Source of the DNA: Methanobacteriota archaeon
Lineage (GTDB): Archaea > Thermoplasmatota > Poseidoniia > Poseidoniales > Poseidoniaceae
DNA: 64,000 nt
Reading direction: 5' to 3'
NCBI GenBank assembly: GCA_038141355.1
Contig: JAYQHX010000002.1
Span: 261,297 to 325,296, forward strand
Part shown: positions 30,923 to 43,200 of the stretch, one piece after another
Position numbering within the stretch: position 1 is the first letter of the stretch
Layout: each line of letters starts with the position of its first letter
Position numbers and translations under genes: made by a program
The notes under the pieces: model-generated
Database searches by the model: none
The model's input: the letters and a program-made list of their open reading frames with translations, nothing else
What the model was told of the DNA's origin: nothing

Positions 30923-31858
30923 ATGCGAGCAATTGCCATTCTTCTGGGATTGCTCATATTCTGTCCAATTTCTGGAGTTAGTTATGAAACTGGAGATGAA
31001 GATTGGCGGGATATCGAAGTCGACATGACAATGTGGAATGATGGACCTGAATTAGAGGGTTCACCAATGGATGAACCTCGTCCCGGCGATGCGGTATTGA
31101 TGATTGAAGTTGAGTATACTCCGGGACATTTAGCTTCTAGTGTGAGAGGTGAAATCATCATTGAATTATTCGAAGAGTGGGCTCCGAACACTACAACGAA
31201 CATGATCATGCATGTTGAAAGTGACATCTATGATGGGATATTTTTCCACCGTGTAATAGATGACTTCGTCACTCAGGCAGGAGACCCAACATGCCGAACT
31301 ATCGGAATCTATCCTGCCACTAGCCTTGAATGTGGAAGTGGAGGCGATGGCCATACATTGGACCTGGAGCATAATGAGAACTTGTCTCATGTAGACGGTG
31401 CAATCGGAATGGCTAGAAGCGCTGACCCAAATAGTGCTGATACTCAATGGTATATCGCTGAAACAGAGGCGCATGGACTTGACCCAGAAAATAGGGATGA
31501 CGAAGGGTATGCCACATTTGGAATAGTAAGGCATGGCATGAGTCACGTCAGAGCAATCGCAACAGTCCCAACTACAGATGACCCATCCGGCGAAGAGATA
31601 GTGGTCAATCCAGCATCGACAGCAGGACGACCACTATACGAAGTTCACATTTCAAACATTGACATGATAGGAGTCATTCCGAGTCCTGCGAATGATTTGG
31701 TTGCAACTTCAGATGAATCCTTTGTTGAAAAATACAAACTTGCAATAGGTGTAGTTCTAATAGTTGTTCTTTCGTGGTTCCTATTGCCTACATTAATCAA
31801 CAAAGATGAAATTCAAGATGTGATTTTGTTAGAAGAAGGTGAAGAAAATGAAAACTAA
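30923..31858 (+). CDS. Cyclophilin-type peptidyl-prolyl isomerase, exported and membrane-anchored
   Basis: APNT, YDGIFFHRVIDDFVTQAGDP, GAIGMAR, YATFG; signal peptide and C-terminal TM. Confidence 0.9.
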   Translation: MRAIAILLGLLIFCPISGVSYETGDEDWRDIEVDMTMWNDGPELEGSPMDEPRPGDAVLMIEVEYTPGHLASSVRGEIIIELFEEWAPNTTTNMIMHVESDIYDGIFFHRVIDDFVTQAGDPTCRTIGIYPATSLECGSGGDGHTLDLEHNENLSHVDGAIGMARSADPNSADTQWYIAETEAHGLDPENRDDEGYATFGIVRHGMSHVRAIATVPTTDDPSGEEIVVNPASTAGRPLYEVHISNIDMIGVIPSPANDLVATSDESFVEKYKLAIGVVLIVVLSWFLLPTLINKDEIQDVILLEEGEENEN

Positions 31859-32357
31859 GGCTATATTTCTAATCAGTTTATTGTTAGTACTTGCTGGTTG
31901 TATAGATGAAGAAACGGTAATTGATGAGCCAACCCCAGAGTTTGAAAGTTTTCCACAATTTACTCTTACCGCACATGATGGCTCTAACAATACACTTGAA
32001 GACATGAGTGATACATACTGGTTAGCATACTTTTCAGCACCTTGGTGTACACATTGTGAAACCACACTAGACTCTTACGACCAAGTAATTCCTGCTGGAA
32101 AATTGTTGGTCTTTTCAAAAGATTCTAGCGATGAATATTCTGATATGAGTGCATGGCATAATGACACAGAAGAGAACCTAAATCGCACTGTTTCACGTCC
32201 TTTCATGCTTGCTCCTGAATTAGCAGAAAGTCTCGAAGTAGGTGGTATTCCTCATGCAATTATTGTTGACAGCGATGGAAATATGATCACCGAAAAGGTA
32301 GGCAAAAGTCCAGATGTCAATGAGACTACCGATTGGTGGAATTTCTTTACTAACTGA
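31848..32357 (+). CDS. Thioredoxin-like (TlpA/redoxin) lipoprotein
   Basis: Lipobox LAGC, APWCTHC, GIP cis-Pro motif. Confidence 0.85.
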   Translation: MKTKAIFLISLLLVLAGCIDEETVIDEPTPEFESFPQFTLTAHDGSNNTLEDMSDTYWLAYFSAPWCTHCETTLDSYDQVIPAGKLLVFSKDSSDEYSDMSAWHNDTEENLNRTVSRPFMLAPELAESLEVGGIPHAIIVDSDGNMITEKVGKSPDVNETTDWWNFFTN

Positions 32358-33324
32358 TTTTCAAATCCAAAACCACATGCTGGATATGTGGGCAGTAAGA
32401 TTTCACATCTTCTAGGTGCATCGCCTCAACATTTTTTCCACTAACAGTCGAAAACCAAGTCACAGTCTTCTCTTTCCATTCCTCAATCTCATCCTCATGT
32501 ACATTCATGTGCACATGAATTATTCCTCCGGAAGGCTTCAAGCATCTTATCGCATTACCCCACGAATTTAGTGAGGAAGGTATGAGTCCTAATATCACCC
32601 TATCAGCGATACCAACTAAATCTCTCATCGAGTTTTTATTGTCGCCTGGATAAATTGTGCATCTTTCCTCTACTCCATTTCGAATCAGGCCTCTCTCTAA
32701 GCATTCAACGCTCTTTGGATTAATTTCACAAGCATGGACGTGTTTTGCATTTCCTCTCTTGAGGAATTGTAGTGTATAGTATCCTATGCCACAGTAAGCG
32801 TCGATAATTATCTCGCCTTCACAATCTATTTCACCCATTCGTCCACGCTCGGTAATATTTCCAGATGAAAACATGACCTCTGATGCGTCAAATTCGTAGT
32901 CAACGAAATTTTCTCTGTGAATAACCCAAGCATCACTACCTAAGATTAGTTTCAATCGCGATTTTCTCTCAACTCCAGAATCGATTTCATCTTGTATTGC
33001 TATTCTAGATGCTCCCAAGGCTTCAGCCACATCAGAGAGAGGCCAATTATCTGTATTTGTACCGTTTGGGAAAATTATCAAATCTCCCAATTTTTCCCAT
33101 TTTTTTGGAGGATTGTTCAATAATCTCTCCAACAAAAAGTGAGGGTCTGTTCTTTCAACCTCTTCGAATTCAATTTCGATGCTGCCTTCGAATACAGGAA
33201 TAGCAATTCCATCACCATATGGTCTTGGTTTTAGGTTGGTATTTACCTTACCAGACAATTTTAAATTTTCATATTCTGAACTGGCCTCAGCACGACTACA
33301 GATGTGCGCAAATGCTGTTGGCAT
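32350..33324 (-). CDS. taw2: tRNA wyosine-pathway aminocarboxypropyltransferase Taw2/TYW2 (Trm5/Met-10 family)
   Basis: MFSSGNITERGRM, DAYCGIGYY, CEINP, ADRVILG, HVH, VKSYCP. Confidence 0.75.
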   Translation of the reverse strand: MPTAFAHICSRAEASSEYENLKLSGKVNTNLKPRPYGDGIAIPVFEGSIEIEFEEVERTDPHFLLERLLNNPPKKWEKLGDLIIFPNGTNTDNWPLSDVAEALGASRIAIQDEIDSGVERKSRLKLILGSDAWVIHRENFVDYEFDASEVMFSSGNITERGRMGEIDCEGEIIIDAYCGIGYYTLQFLKRGNAKHVHACEINPKSVECLERGLIRNGVEERCTIYPGDNKNSMRDLVGIADRVILGLIPSSLNSWGNAIRCLKPSGGIIHVHMNVHEDEIEEWKEKTVTWFSTVSGKNVEAMHLEDVKSYCPHIQHVVLDLKIS

Positions 33325-33382
33325 TATTTATGCCTGAGGCAAAAGCATGTTAAATCTCCCCGTATACAGGTATACTGTTAGC

Positions 33383-36376
33383 ATGAAGTCGAGACTCGCA
33401 ATTTTTCTGATTTTATTGTTTGGAATTTCAATTTGGCTTCCTTTCGCCAGCGCCGCAGAGATGCCTGCTTGTAATGCTGTGAACGGAGGTCATTGTGATG
33501 GCTGGGATAGTGCTGATGATGGCACTCCTAATCAACAAGATTGGATTGAAGGTGTTTACGAATTTAATTTGGTTGACACTTCTACAATAGAAATGGAAAT
33601 GACTTGGGCCCTTAGAGAATTTAATCGTTCAATGCTTGGATTTGATGATGACCCAAACATCGCAGCAGCACTTTCTGCAATGGGTTTTTCTGGCAAGGAC
33701 GGAGCTCCTGCAGATCTGATTAGAAATTTCTTTGACGAGAATACAGGAGGTCCTGGAACACCGACGGTTAGACAAAAACTAATACTTGAGGTAAATGATA
33801 CAATAGAAGAATTACTCAGTTCAGGATTTGGTTCTGTCAATTCAATAAATTCTGCATATACTAATTCTATTACCGAATCAGGAGTCCTTACAGAATGTAG
33901 TGATGACCCTGGTGATGACTCAATTTACGGGGGCGAAGGTGCCAGTAGTGAGAATGCGTTTGAACCTCCTATTTGTTTTTCAGTAACTGCAAATGTCTCA
34001 TTATCTACTTCGACATTTAATCTTGGTTCAGTCAATCCATTGACCTTGGAAAGAGTATACAAAGGAATGCTTTCAATGGGTTCCGAAATCACATCAGAAT
34101 TCGATTTATTCAGTGAACCAGGTCACAAATCAGTATTCGTCATAAATCCGCCTGATTTTGCTACAATCAAAGGAGTAGATGCGAACGGAATTCAGGTCAT
34201 AAAGTCAGGGCCACCTTCCTATATGGCTGCTCAGTGGACAATTAATCATTTAGATGCGCCATTGAACGGTCAAAGAATCGAGCAAGGAGTAAGCATAGAC
34301 ATTGGCCACAGAAATTCTACTCAAACTAGTAGTGTTGTTGTCGGTCCAGATGACACCGGTATTACGCTAGGTGTAACACTTGATATGTCAGATGAAGATG
34401 CTGTTTATCTTGAAATTCTAGCTGGCATAAATCACATAGATGAATCGACCATGAATGATTGGGGAATCTCCATGGTCGATGTCACAGATAACGCAAGAGT
34501 GCCCTGGATCACCTCGGATGGAATAAGATTAGCATATCATAATGATTTAGTGAATTTAGATGATTTCACTTCTAACTTCCCTATGGATACTGTTGGGGAT
34601 GCTATTGAAGATGCGGTTTCGGGAGTTTCAGATATCACAATGGGTGATATGAGCTGGGTTTCAGATTCTCAAATAATTGGAATTTCAGAGGCACCAGGTG
34701 GCCTGAATTACTCTCATCCAGATTGCCCCGAGAGTTTACCTCCTGGTATGGATGCATACTACTGTATTGAAGGGCAATCTGCTATGAATGGTGAGCACCC
34801 AATTTATCTCCGTTCTGTTTCATCCTCATTCGAACTTAGGATATTGGACTTAATCAAGGAACAAGTTGATGACCCAACAGGATTACTAGATGTCATACAA
34901 GAAAGTGATTTCCACGATATACTGGATTCTGGTTTAACCATCGATACGAAATTTGGCCAGGACCTATTACAAGATATGATACCGAGTGATTTACCTCCAT
35001 CAGAATTGAAACTAGAAATCATTCTCCCTTCATGGATGCAAACTGCGACTGGACAACAATCATTTGAATTGATAGAGAGAACAAACGCCGAAGACCAGAT
35101 TGAAATCTCAATAGCAAAGCCCGGGGCATATGACCCGAGACATGCGATCCTAGATGAAGACGGAATTGAGATATGTTCCTCAGATGAAGCCGATTGGTCA
35201 TGTGTTGAATTGGACGTTGAGCTTGATGTAAGCGAGTTAAATTTCAATGAATGGGGCCCAAGTATTGATTTAACTGCGTCATTCAGTGCTAAAATCGACC
35301 TTTACAGGATTAAGATACCAGACGAAGTTCTAGACGAATTAAGGTCTGAGAATACTACAATAGCCATGGAAGTAATACCTTCAGATTTAATCCGATTAGG
35401 TTTTGAAATCGGTGGCCGCCTCGCCGACCCTGTGACTAGAGAGGTCAACGTGACTGAAGGAAATCCGACTGAGCTAGAATTTACAGCAGAAGGGTTCGAG
35501 GCATTTGTTGATAACCTTGGAATAGAAATTACTGAGGAAATGCACAAGGCAGCAGACGAAGCATCTCAACAAGAAGAAATGTTAGAAATCGACCTATCCG
35601 GAATTCAGATAATCACCAACCTCGACAACCTTGGCGGAATCGGCACATCAATGGATGATAACACTCCAATCACATTTGAAATTATTATTCCGGAATTTAC
35701 TTTTGAGGCAGGGGTGACTAACGGCTGGAGTGGTATTCTAGATGGTGAGCCAACAGTAGGAGTCACTACTGCTTTGACTAATCCAATAATCAATGCTGCA
35801 AATAAATTCAGAAACCTCTTCCAAATCTTCGGCCTTCAATTCTTACAGATGAGTGGAAGTGGTCTGACTCTAGATAATAACGGAGAACCGGTCAAATTCC
35901 AAACCGACCCAGTCAATGTAGAATTAAGCAGCGAAACCGATACCGATCTTCGTGGAGATGTGACTTTTGTAATGCCTGATGGTATTGTTTTGGAAGATTT
36001 CCAAACCGCTAATGGCTGGGAGAAAATTGAGTACCTTGATGATGGAAGGCAACAAATTACAATTTCTCTGGAATCACTATACGCCGGAGAAGATGTTGAA
36101 TTTAGATTAGTTGTTACGTGGTTGTACATTCTTTCGCAAATTTGGATATATCCAACAATCTTGCTTGCATTGATTGTTTGGAGAGTTCGAGCAAGAAGAA
36201 AGAAGAAGAGACGAATCAGAGAAGCAAAGGCTGCCGAGGCAATGGCTGTGACCAGTCCATCTAAAGGCGGATTATCTGATTCAGACTTTGCATCACTAAG
36301 TGCGGGCCGAGACCCAACAATGGGTGGTCATTCTTCGGATTTTGACCTGTATGCTGACGATATGTGGGATCAGTGA
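33383..36376 (+). CDS. Large acidic exported protein with C-terminal TM anchor
   Basis: Signal peptide (MKSRLAIF...ASA), ~1000 aa acidic body, TM + RRKKKRR stop-transfer. Confidence 0.8.
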   Translation: MKSRLAIFLILLFGISIWLPFASAAEMPACNAVNGGHCDGWDSADDGTPNQQDWIEGVYEFNLVDTSTIEMEMTWALREFNRSMLGFDDDPNIAAALSAMGFSGKDGAPADLIRNFFDENTGGPGTPTVRQKLILEVNDTIEELLSSGFGSVNSINSAYTNSITESGVLTECSDDPGDDSIYGGEGASSENAFEPPICFSVTANVSLSTSTFNLGSVNPLTLERVYKGMLSMGSEITSEFDLFSEPGHKSVFVINPPDFATIKGVDANGIQVIKSGPPSYMAAQWTINHLDAPLNGQRIEQGVSIDIGHRNSTQTSSVVVGPDDTGITLGVTLDMSDEDAVYLEILAGINHIDESTMNDWGISMVDVTDNARVPWITSDGIRLAYHNDLVNLDDFTSNFPMDTVGDAIEDAVSGVSDITMGDMSWVSDSQIIGISEAPGGLNYSHPDCPESLPPGMDAYYCIEGQSAMNGEHPIYLRSVSSSFELRILDLIKEQVDDPTGLLDVIQESDFHDILDSGLTIDTKFGQDLLQDMIPSDLPPSELKLEIILPSWMQTATGQQSFELIERTNAEDQIEISIAKPGAYDPRHAILDEDGIEICSSDEADWSCVELDVELDVSELNFNEWGPSIDLTASFSAKIDLYRIKIPDEVLDELRSENTTIAMEVIPSDLIRLGFEIGGRLADPVTREVNVTEGNPTELEFTAEGFEAFVDNLGIEITEEMHKAADEASQQEEMLEIDLSGIQIITNLDNLGGIGTSMDDNTPITFEIIIPEFTFEAGVTNGWSGILDGEPTVGVTTALTNPIINAANKFRNLFQIFGLQFLQMSGSGLTLDNNGEPVKFQTDPVNVELSSETDTDLRGDVTFVMPDGIVLEDFQTANGWEKIEYLDDGRQQITISLESLYAGEDVEFRLVVTWLYILSQIWIYPTILLALIVWRVRARRKKKRRIREAKAAEAMAVTSPSKGGLSDSDFASLSAGRDPTMGGHSSDFDLYADDMWDQ

Positions 36377-38094
36377 AGCGAATCATAGATTCTCTTCGCT
36401 AGGGAAGGACCAATTCCTGGGACGGTCTTCAAATCATTCACCGTTGCGTGTGTAATCCCTTGCCTTCCACCAAAATGACGGATTAGAGATTGCATCTTTT
36501 TCGCACCTAAACCTTCAACGCCTTCCAATGGGTCAGTCAGTTTCTTCTTCGCTCTAGATTTGCGATGGAATTTATTCACAAATCTATGTGCTTCATCTCT
36601 AGCATGAATCAAGATTCTACCTCTTCTATCAAGGATTAAGTCATCTTGCTCTTTCCTGTAAATGGTTTCTTCTCTTTTTGCTAGGCTAGCCAATTTCATT
36701 CTATCTTGAACCCCGTGCTTTTCAAGCACTTTTGCGATAATCGCTAGGTGAGTCAGCCCTCCGTCTATCAAAAGCAAATCAGGCCAATCATCGACCTTTT
36801 TTATCCAACGCTCGACAACCTCTGCCATCATTCTCAAATCATCGATTGCCTCACCTTTGATGGTATAAGTCCTGTATTCTTTCTTGGCAGGCCTACCATT
36901 TCTCAAGCAAACGCTAGCACCGACTCTGGAATTTCCTGATAATTGAGCCATGTCAAAACAAACGATATGGTCTAATGACTTCATCCCAAGTAAGTTTGCT
37001 CCTTCATCAGCGGCTCTCTGTTCCAATGAACCGCTACTTTTGTTGGCTAGTCGTTCAACTTGTATGTTCGCATTTTGTTTTGCTAATGTTGATAATGTAG
37101 CAAAATCTCCTCTCGACGGTATTCGATTTTCCACTACACTACCTCTTTTGTCAGATAGCCAATCGATGATTGTATCACTGAGGGGTGTTGGAGTCAAGAG
37201 AATTTTTGGAGGCCGTCTATTGGAATAATGGTCGACAACGAACATTGCGATAGATTCACCTTCATCACCTCGATGAATGACAGGCCAATTTTCTTGACCT
37301 TTGATAACACCATCATCTGCATGCAAAACGACAATCGATGCTAAGTCGCCCTTGATACCAATTCCCAGAGCATCACAATCTCGGTAAATGGTTGAAGAAA
37401 TAACTTGCTGGCTGGTGACGCTTCTTACAGATTTTATCATATCTCTAACATTTGCAGCCATTTCATATTCCATATCATTCGAGTAATCATCCATCTGCAC
37501 GGCTAATTCTTCGATCAATTCAGTTGCATCACCATCCAAAATTCTTCTTACGTTTTGAACACGTTCTGCATAATCTCCTGCATTGATACAGGGTCCAGCA
37601 CAAAGTCCGATATGCATCGATAAACATCCTTGTGGTAGTAATTCATTACAATCTCGAATGCCAAAATTTCTTCTCAATAATTGCACTACTTGTTTCGCAG
37701 CACCAGCATTTGGAAATGGTCCCCATCTCCAAGCATCCTCGGGTGGATTTCTAGTGTACATTATTTTGGGAAATTCTTCCTTGGTTAAGGCTAGGAATGG
37801 GAATGATTTGTCATCTTTCAGCATTGAATTATATCTTGGCCTGTGTTGCCTAATCAATTGTCTTTCAAGGACCAATGCCTCTTGTGGAGAGTTCGTGACT
37901 ATACATTCGATTCCATCGGCTCTTCTAACAAGTTCAGGAATCATTGCACGGTCGGGGTTTGAAGAAAAATAAGACCGAATTCTTTGTGATAATACCGTTG
38001 CCTTACCAACATACAGAACCCTGCCTGCATTGGTTTTGAAGAGATAAACTCCTGGATTCGGAGGCAAATCAACCGAATCAGGGTCTACCGGCAT
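36370..38094 (-). CDS. uvrC: Excinuclease ABC subunit C
   Basis: GIY-YIG PGVY...YVGKA, PRYN, UVR coil, CFD, DGG, RDEAHRF, HhH motifs. Confidence 0.97.
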   Translation of the reverse strand: MPVDPDSVDLPPNPGVYLFKTNAGRVLYVGKATVLSQRIRSYFSSNPDRAMIPELVRRADGIECIVTNSPQEALVLERQLIRQHRPRYNSMLKDDKSFPFLALTKEEFPKIMYTRNPPEDAWRWGPFPNAGAAKQVVQLLRRNFGIRDCNELLPQGCLSMHIGLCAGPCINAGDYAERVQNVRRILDGDATELIEELAVQMDDYSNDMEYEMAANVRDMIKSVRSVTSQQVISSTIYRDCDALGIGIKGDLASIVVLHADDGVIKGQENWPVIHRGDEGESIAMFVVDHYSNRRPPKILLTPTPLSDTIIDWLSDKRGSVVENRIPSRGDFATLSTLAKQNANIQVERLANKSSGSLEQRAADEGANLLGMKSLDHIVCFDMAQLSGNSRVGASVCLRNGRPAKKEYRTYTIKGEAIDDLRMMAEVVERWIKKVDDWPDLLLIDGGLTHLAIIAKVLEKHGVQDRMKLASLAKREETIYRKEQDDLILDRRGRILIHARDEAHRFVNKFHRKSRAKKKLTDPLEGVEGLGAKKMQSLIRHFGGRQGITHATVNDLKTVPGIGPSLAKRIYDSLH

Positions 38095-38180
38095 GATGTG
38101 TTTGTGGAATCAATATTTCAATAATACATCGACAATCAGATTAGGGGAAAGAAAATGATTGATGAGGTATAGGGGTAGGC

Positions 38181-40224
38181 ATGTTGAGGGGGCCGCAAGT
38201 TAGGATTCTCTCACGTCTATCCCATTTTCCAAGGAGTTTAGAAACAGCGTGGGATGTTCCCAGAGACATCTGTTTGCCCGGAATTGCTGAGTATCTAGGT
38301 GTTGTTCGTTCAGCTTTACATGGACCAATAAATGATTTAGTCGAGAAAGGATTTCTAATCGAGAGAAAAGCCCATGTTATCGGTGGTGGCTCAAGAAAAA
38401 GGAAAGTATACCATATCACAGATGAAGGTAGAGAAATCTCAGCAAATACTCATCTATCAAAGAAGGAAAAGAAGGGTAAATTGTTTGGAAAAGTTCCCGA
38501 TAGGGCAGAATTAATCGGTCGAAAAGAGTTTATTGAGAAAGTTTTGACTAATGAAAAAACAATATTAACAGGGCTCCCCGGAATAGGAAAAACCTCAATT
38601 TTGCATGAAATTTCTAGTATTTTAGTTTCCAAAGGGAAGACAGTTCGGTTTTGTACAGTACAATCATTTTCCGATGTCGAAGAAATTTTTTCGGAGTGGG
38701 GTTTCGAATATACTGATGAAGAAGCTGTCCTCAACGCTTCAAAAAATAGTCTCTTGATATTAGATGAATTTCAAGAAATTAACCCAAGACACTTGAAAAG
38801 AATTCAAAATTTCCTGAAGAATGCAAGGAATGTCATTATTGCAAGTCGTCCACCATTATTATTCTCAGATGGATTCGAAATACTTGATGTGCCTCCATTG
38901 ACAATCGATTCCGCAGTTCAATTACTACCTGATGAAATTCAAGAAAAAGAGTTAGTTGCTTCGAGATTGGGTTGTCATCCTCTCGCATTGTTGATGCATG
39001 ATATATCTACTAGTTTACCAGAGGAAGGAGGAGACCTTCAAACCTGGGTTAGAGATGTAATATTACAAGGTTTGAATGCTGAAATGAATGCGATTAATGA
39101 ACTATCAATTTTACCAATTCCAGTTGATGTAGAAAACTTACAAACGCAAGAATACATTCCTGATTTAGATGATTACGCATTACTAAGATGGTTTGATCAT
39201 GGAGTTGAATTACATCATTTAATTAGAAATGTTAGGTCATTATCTATGACGGAAAATGATTACAAAAATGCAGCAGAATATTGGGCTAAAATTGATGGTG
39301 ATAATGCCCGATTAGTCGAAATGTACCTCCGGTTGAAATGTGGAGAAAATATTGAATCTTATCTACTTACAAACTCCGAATCTTTGATGGTTCGTTCCAG
39401 TGCAGGACTTGCAACTTTGATAGGAGATGCGCTGATGAGATATCCTAGTGAAAATTTACACAGAATCGGAGCAATAGTGGCGATAGAAAGAGGCGAGGCT
39501 GAAATTGCAATCGAACATCTTGACAACATAAACGCTCCAGATTTAAGATATGCTGTAGATTTACTAAGTGGAAGAGATACTACATTTATTCCAAAAGATT
39601 CAGGTGTCAAAGCAATAATTTCAGAGGCGTCAAGATTGATTGACGATAGGCTCCCAGATGCTCATATTGTGGCTGATGTTGATGAATTACTTGACCATAT
39701 TAATCTCAGTGAGTTAGATGGCGAATTAAAGAAAGTAGTATTGGTCGCTATTGCGAAAATTAGGCATTCATGGTACATCGCAAATAAAAAAGTGGAACGA
39801 GGCTAGTGAAATTAGAGAGCAATTAGCATCTATTTCCACTGAAAAAGATCCACAAATCATCCAATTGAAATTAAGGGCTGAGATTGCAGAAACACCCCAA
39901 AATTCTCCAACTTTTGATAAATTGGTGGAGGAAGTATTTGCGTTAGATGGGCTCAAAGGAACGATGCTGAAAATTGCCTTAATCTCAAGATGTGATGATG
40001 ATAGAGCTGTGAAACTACTGAACGAAGTAAAACTTCCAAACATAGAGGAGCAAACCAATCTTAATTCCGCAAGGAGATTAGCAGCATCAATATGGTATCT
40101 ACGTGCAAAATACAAGACTCATAATAGCTATTCATCTATTGCAGAGTCTATTTCTCTTTGGAAAAAAGCACTCTGCCCAAACGCAAGCAAGAGCGCCTCA
40201 GAAATGCTTCACAAAATGCTTTGA
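38181..40224 (+). CDS. wHTH + STAND/NB-ARC-like P-loop NTPase with helical C-terminus (~680 aa); probable +1 error at A6 39786-39791
   Basis: N-terminal wHTH (IAEYLGVVRS...YHITDEG), LIGR, GLPGIGKT, ILDEFQ, GCHPLAL, LHHLIR; 541-aa and 157-aa ORFs join as ANKKWNEASE. Confidence 0.75.
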
Positions 40225-40299
40225 TAGAATAATTTGGACCCTTTTTTGGATAATCGAATTATGACAACAATCAAATGCAATCACGCGAAGGTCATTCGT

Positions 40300-43200
40300 A
40301 TGGTGAGGGGTCGTACCTACACGGTTTTCATAATTCTCACCTTGATGGTTGCATACCCGTTTACTCCGATGGTTGAGTTGCATGACTCTGAAAACAATGA
40401 AACTTCAGGGCGTGCTCAAACTGTTTGGTCTGGGAGTATGGTTTTGAATAATCATTTCACTGTACCTGTGACTGATGAATTAATCATCTCATCTTGCACC
40501 AATGTCACGATGTCTAGTGGTGTTAGAATATACGTTGAGGGCAGATTAACTGTTGAAGGAACAAAGTCCTGTCCCGTATATTTTGATTATGCGGGCGGAG
40601 GAGACCACATGGGAATACAGTTCAATACCTCATCTAATGGGCGTGGAAGCAGGATTGATAATGCCTCGATAATACACTCTACTTATGGTATCACAATTTA
40701 CGGTTCAAATCCACATATCGCCAATGTCACAATTTTCGATGCTGATGATGTAGCAATTGATATGTTCAATTCTGCAACTCCAACAATTAGGGACTTAGAA
40801 ATCAATGAAGCAGGTCAAGACTGGGTAGTTCCAACATATTGGAGATATGGAATCGGTTTGTCAGTTGGAGCAGGTTCAGCACCAAATGTAGATGGTCTGA
40901 AGGTAAGTAATGCGGTCACTCGTGGGTTGAATATGTGGGGTAATTCTGGAGGATTATTCCGAAATATATCGATAGACAATATTTCAGGCGCCACACTGGC
41001 CATATCTGCTGGAATCTGGGTTGAAGACAGTATTCCATTAATCCAATTCGCTCAGGTAGACAGGTCTGACCACGGGGTTTTTGTTAGACACATCACTGAT
41101 GGTGCTACGACCAGAGCTGTCATCAAAGACATGGAAATTACAAATTCAATGTACAAGGCGATGGTTTTGGACAAAGAAGATCATACAAATTACACAAATT
41201 ACCAGAGCGCAGTCATCAATGGATTGAATATTTCAGGAACCGGAGGCCCAGGGGCTAAAACATCTGGAATCGCTACGGCTACACTTGAGATAAATGCTAC
41301 AGGAGCCTGGATTGAAAATGCTCATCTCGAGGATAATACAGCAGTTGGAATCAAAATGTATTTTGTTGATTCGACAACCATTTTTTCGAATCTATCAATT
41401 AACAATACTGGAGGTTCAGGTAACGGTGCTAACGCAGCAGGAATTTCAGTTCGTTCATCTTATTTCGCCCCTACTTTCAACAATTTAGAGGTTTCAAACT
41501 CACCAGGGCCAGGTGTCTATGCAAGAAGCGGCGGAGCAATTCAAGGAATGGATTGGAACTTACATGATAATGGCCAAGAAGGCTTCTACTTGGAGAGTGC
41601 TGCAACGATAGTTGATGGGATAATAACTTACAATAATTCAGATTCAGGTGTACACATTAATGATGCAAGATATGTGTTCTTGTATAATGTCACTTCACAT
41701 GATAACGGCGATTCAGGCCTGTTGTTTGAAAAAGCGAATGATATTGAATCTACATCAGGTGATGTTGTTTGTGTAAATTGTTCTTCGACTAACGACACGA
41801 AAGGTGTGACAATAATCGATTCCGTCGACCTATTTTTAGAGGGACTTCATGTTAACGACCCTGTCACTGGCCCAGCTATTATTGCTGATAATGGTGGACT
41901 AAACATTGGTGTGCAAGGAGGTCTATTCCATCTAAAGAATGTACAAACATGGTTGAATAGTACAGAGCCTGCAATAGAAATTACATCAGCGGAAGCAGAA
42001 ATCGATGGCTTGGAAATGTTAGGTTCTCATGCTGGATTACATTGGGATGCAGACCATAATCAAGAGAGAAATAGCATACTGTCGAATGCTACTTTATCCG
42101 GTGCAGATTGTTTGATTTTGTCAAACCACGACCAATTATATGGAACAAATAATACCATTTCCAATGATTGTACTGGAGAATTGAATTTTACTTCGGTTAA
42201 ACTCAATTGGACTGACTTTGAAGATTTGGGCGCTCACGTACTGAACGTGGATACTAACTCTAATCTTCATCTGCATCAACCTGTGAATATCGATTATCAA
42301 TCAGCGGTTATTTCGGGTAGTGGTTGGATAGAAGAAGCATGGGACTTACATGTATGGGTGCCAAACAATAACAGCAACGGTATTCCTTCAGCGTTTGTAG
42401 AACTGGATTTTGACCAATTAGAGTCATCAATAAATGACGATACTGACGATTACGGTTGGACATCTTTCCTAGACCTAAGAGGTAAGAAATTCACCACTTT
42501 AGGCGAGAGTCCTTACACGACTGTGACCATTGATTGTTCATATGATGGAGTTTCTAATACTACGACTACAAGCTTGGACCAGGACCAAATAATAACTTGC
42601 CATCTTCCACTATCCAATCAACCACCATTCTTAATCTGGGATACTCCAATCGACCAGACAGTTTATCCTTCAAAATCTGAGGTAATTTTTGATGCATCTA
42701 GGTCTTGGGATTTGGACAATGATACTTTGACAATCAAATGGACATCTTCGATAGATGGGATTTTACTCGAAGGAGGAATATCAACATTTGCTGCAAACGA
42801 AGTAGATAACCCAAACCCATTGGTGAATCTTTCAGACGGAATTCACGATATTGAGTTAGAAGTATGCGATGGCGATTTTTGTGTCTCGGAAATTAGGACT
42901 ATTGAACTAGCCAACCAAGCGCCAGTAATTGTAATTTCAACAGACCCTACCCTAAACCCATGGGGAGAACTCATCTCTCCGATTACCCAGTCTGTCCATT
43001 ACGACCTGAACGGAACTTATGACCCTGAAAACGATGCTATGACCTGTTCATGGTCATGGCTATCCTCTTCAGTCACGATTCCAGATTGCACAGGAGAAGG
43101 AAATCTTTCATTTGCTAGCGCACCATCAAATATTTTTGACCTGACATTGCTTGTTAGTGATGGAATTAATCCTCCATCAGAATACATCATACCCGTTGAA

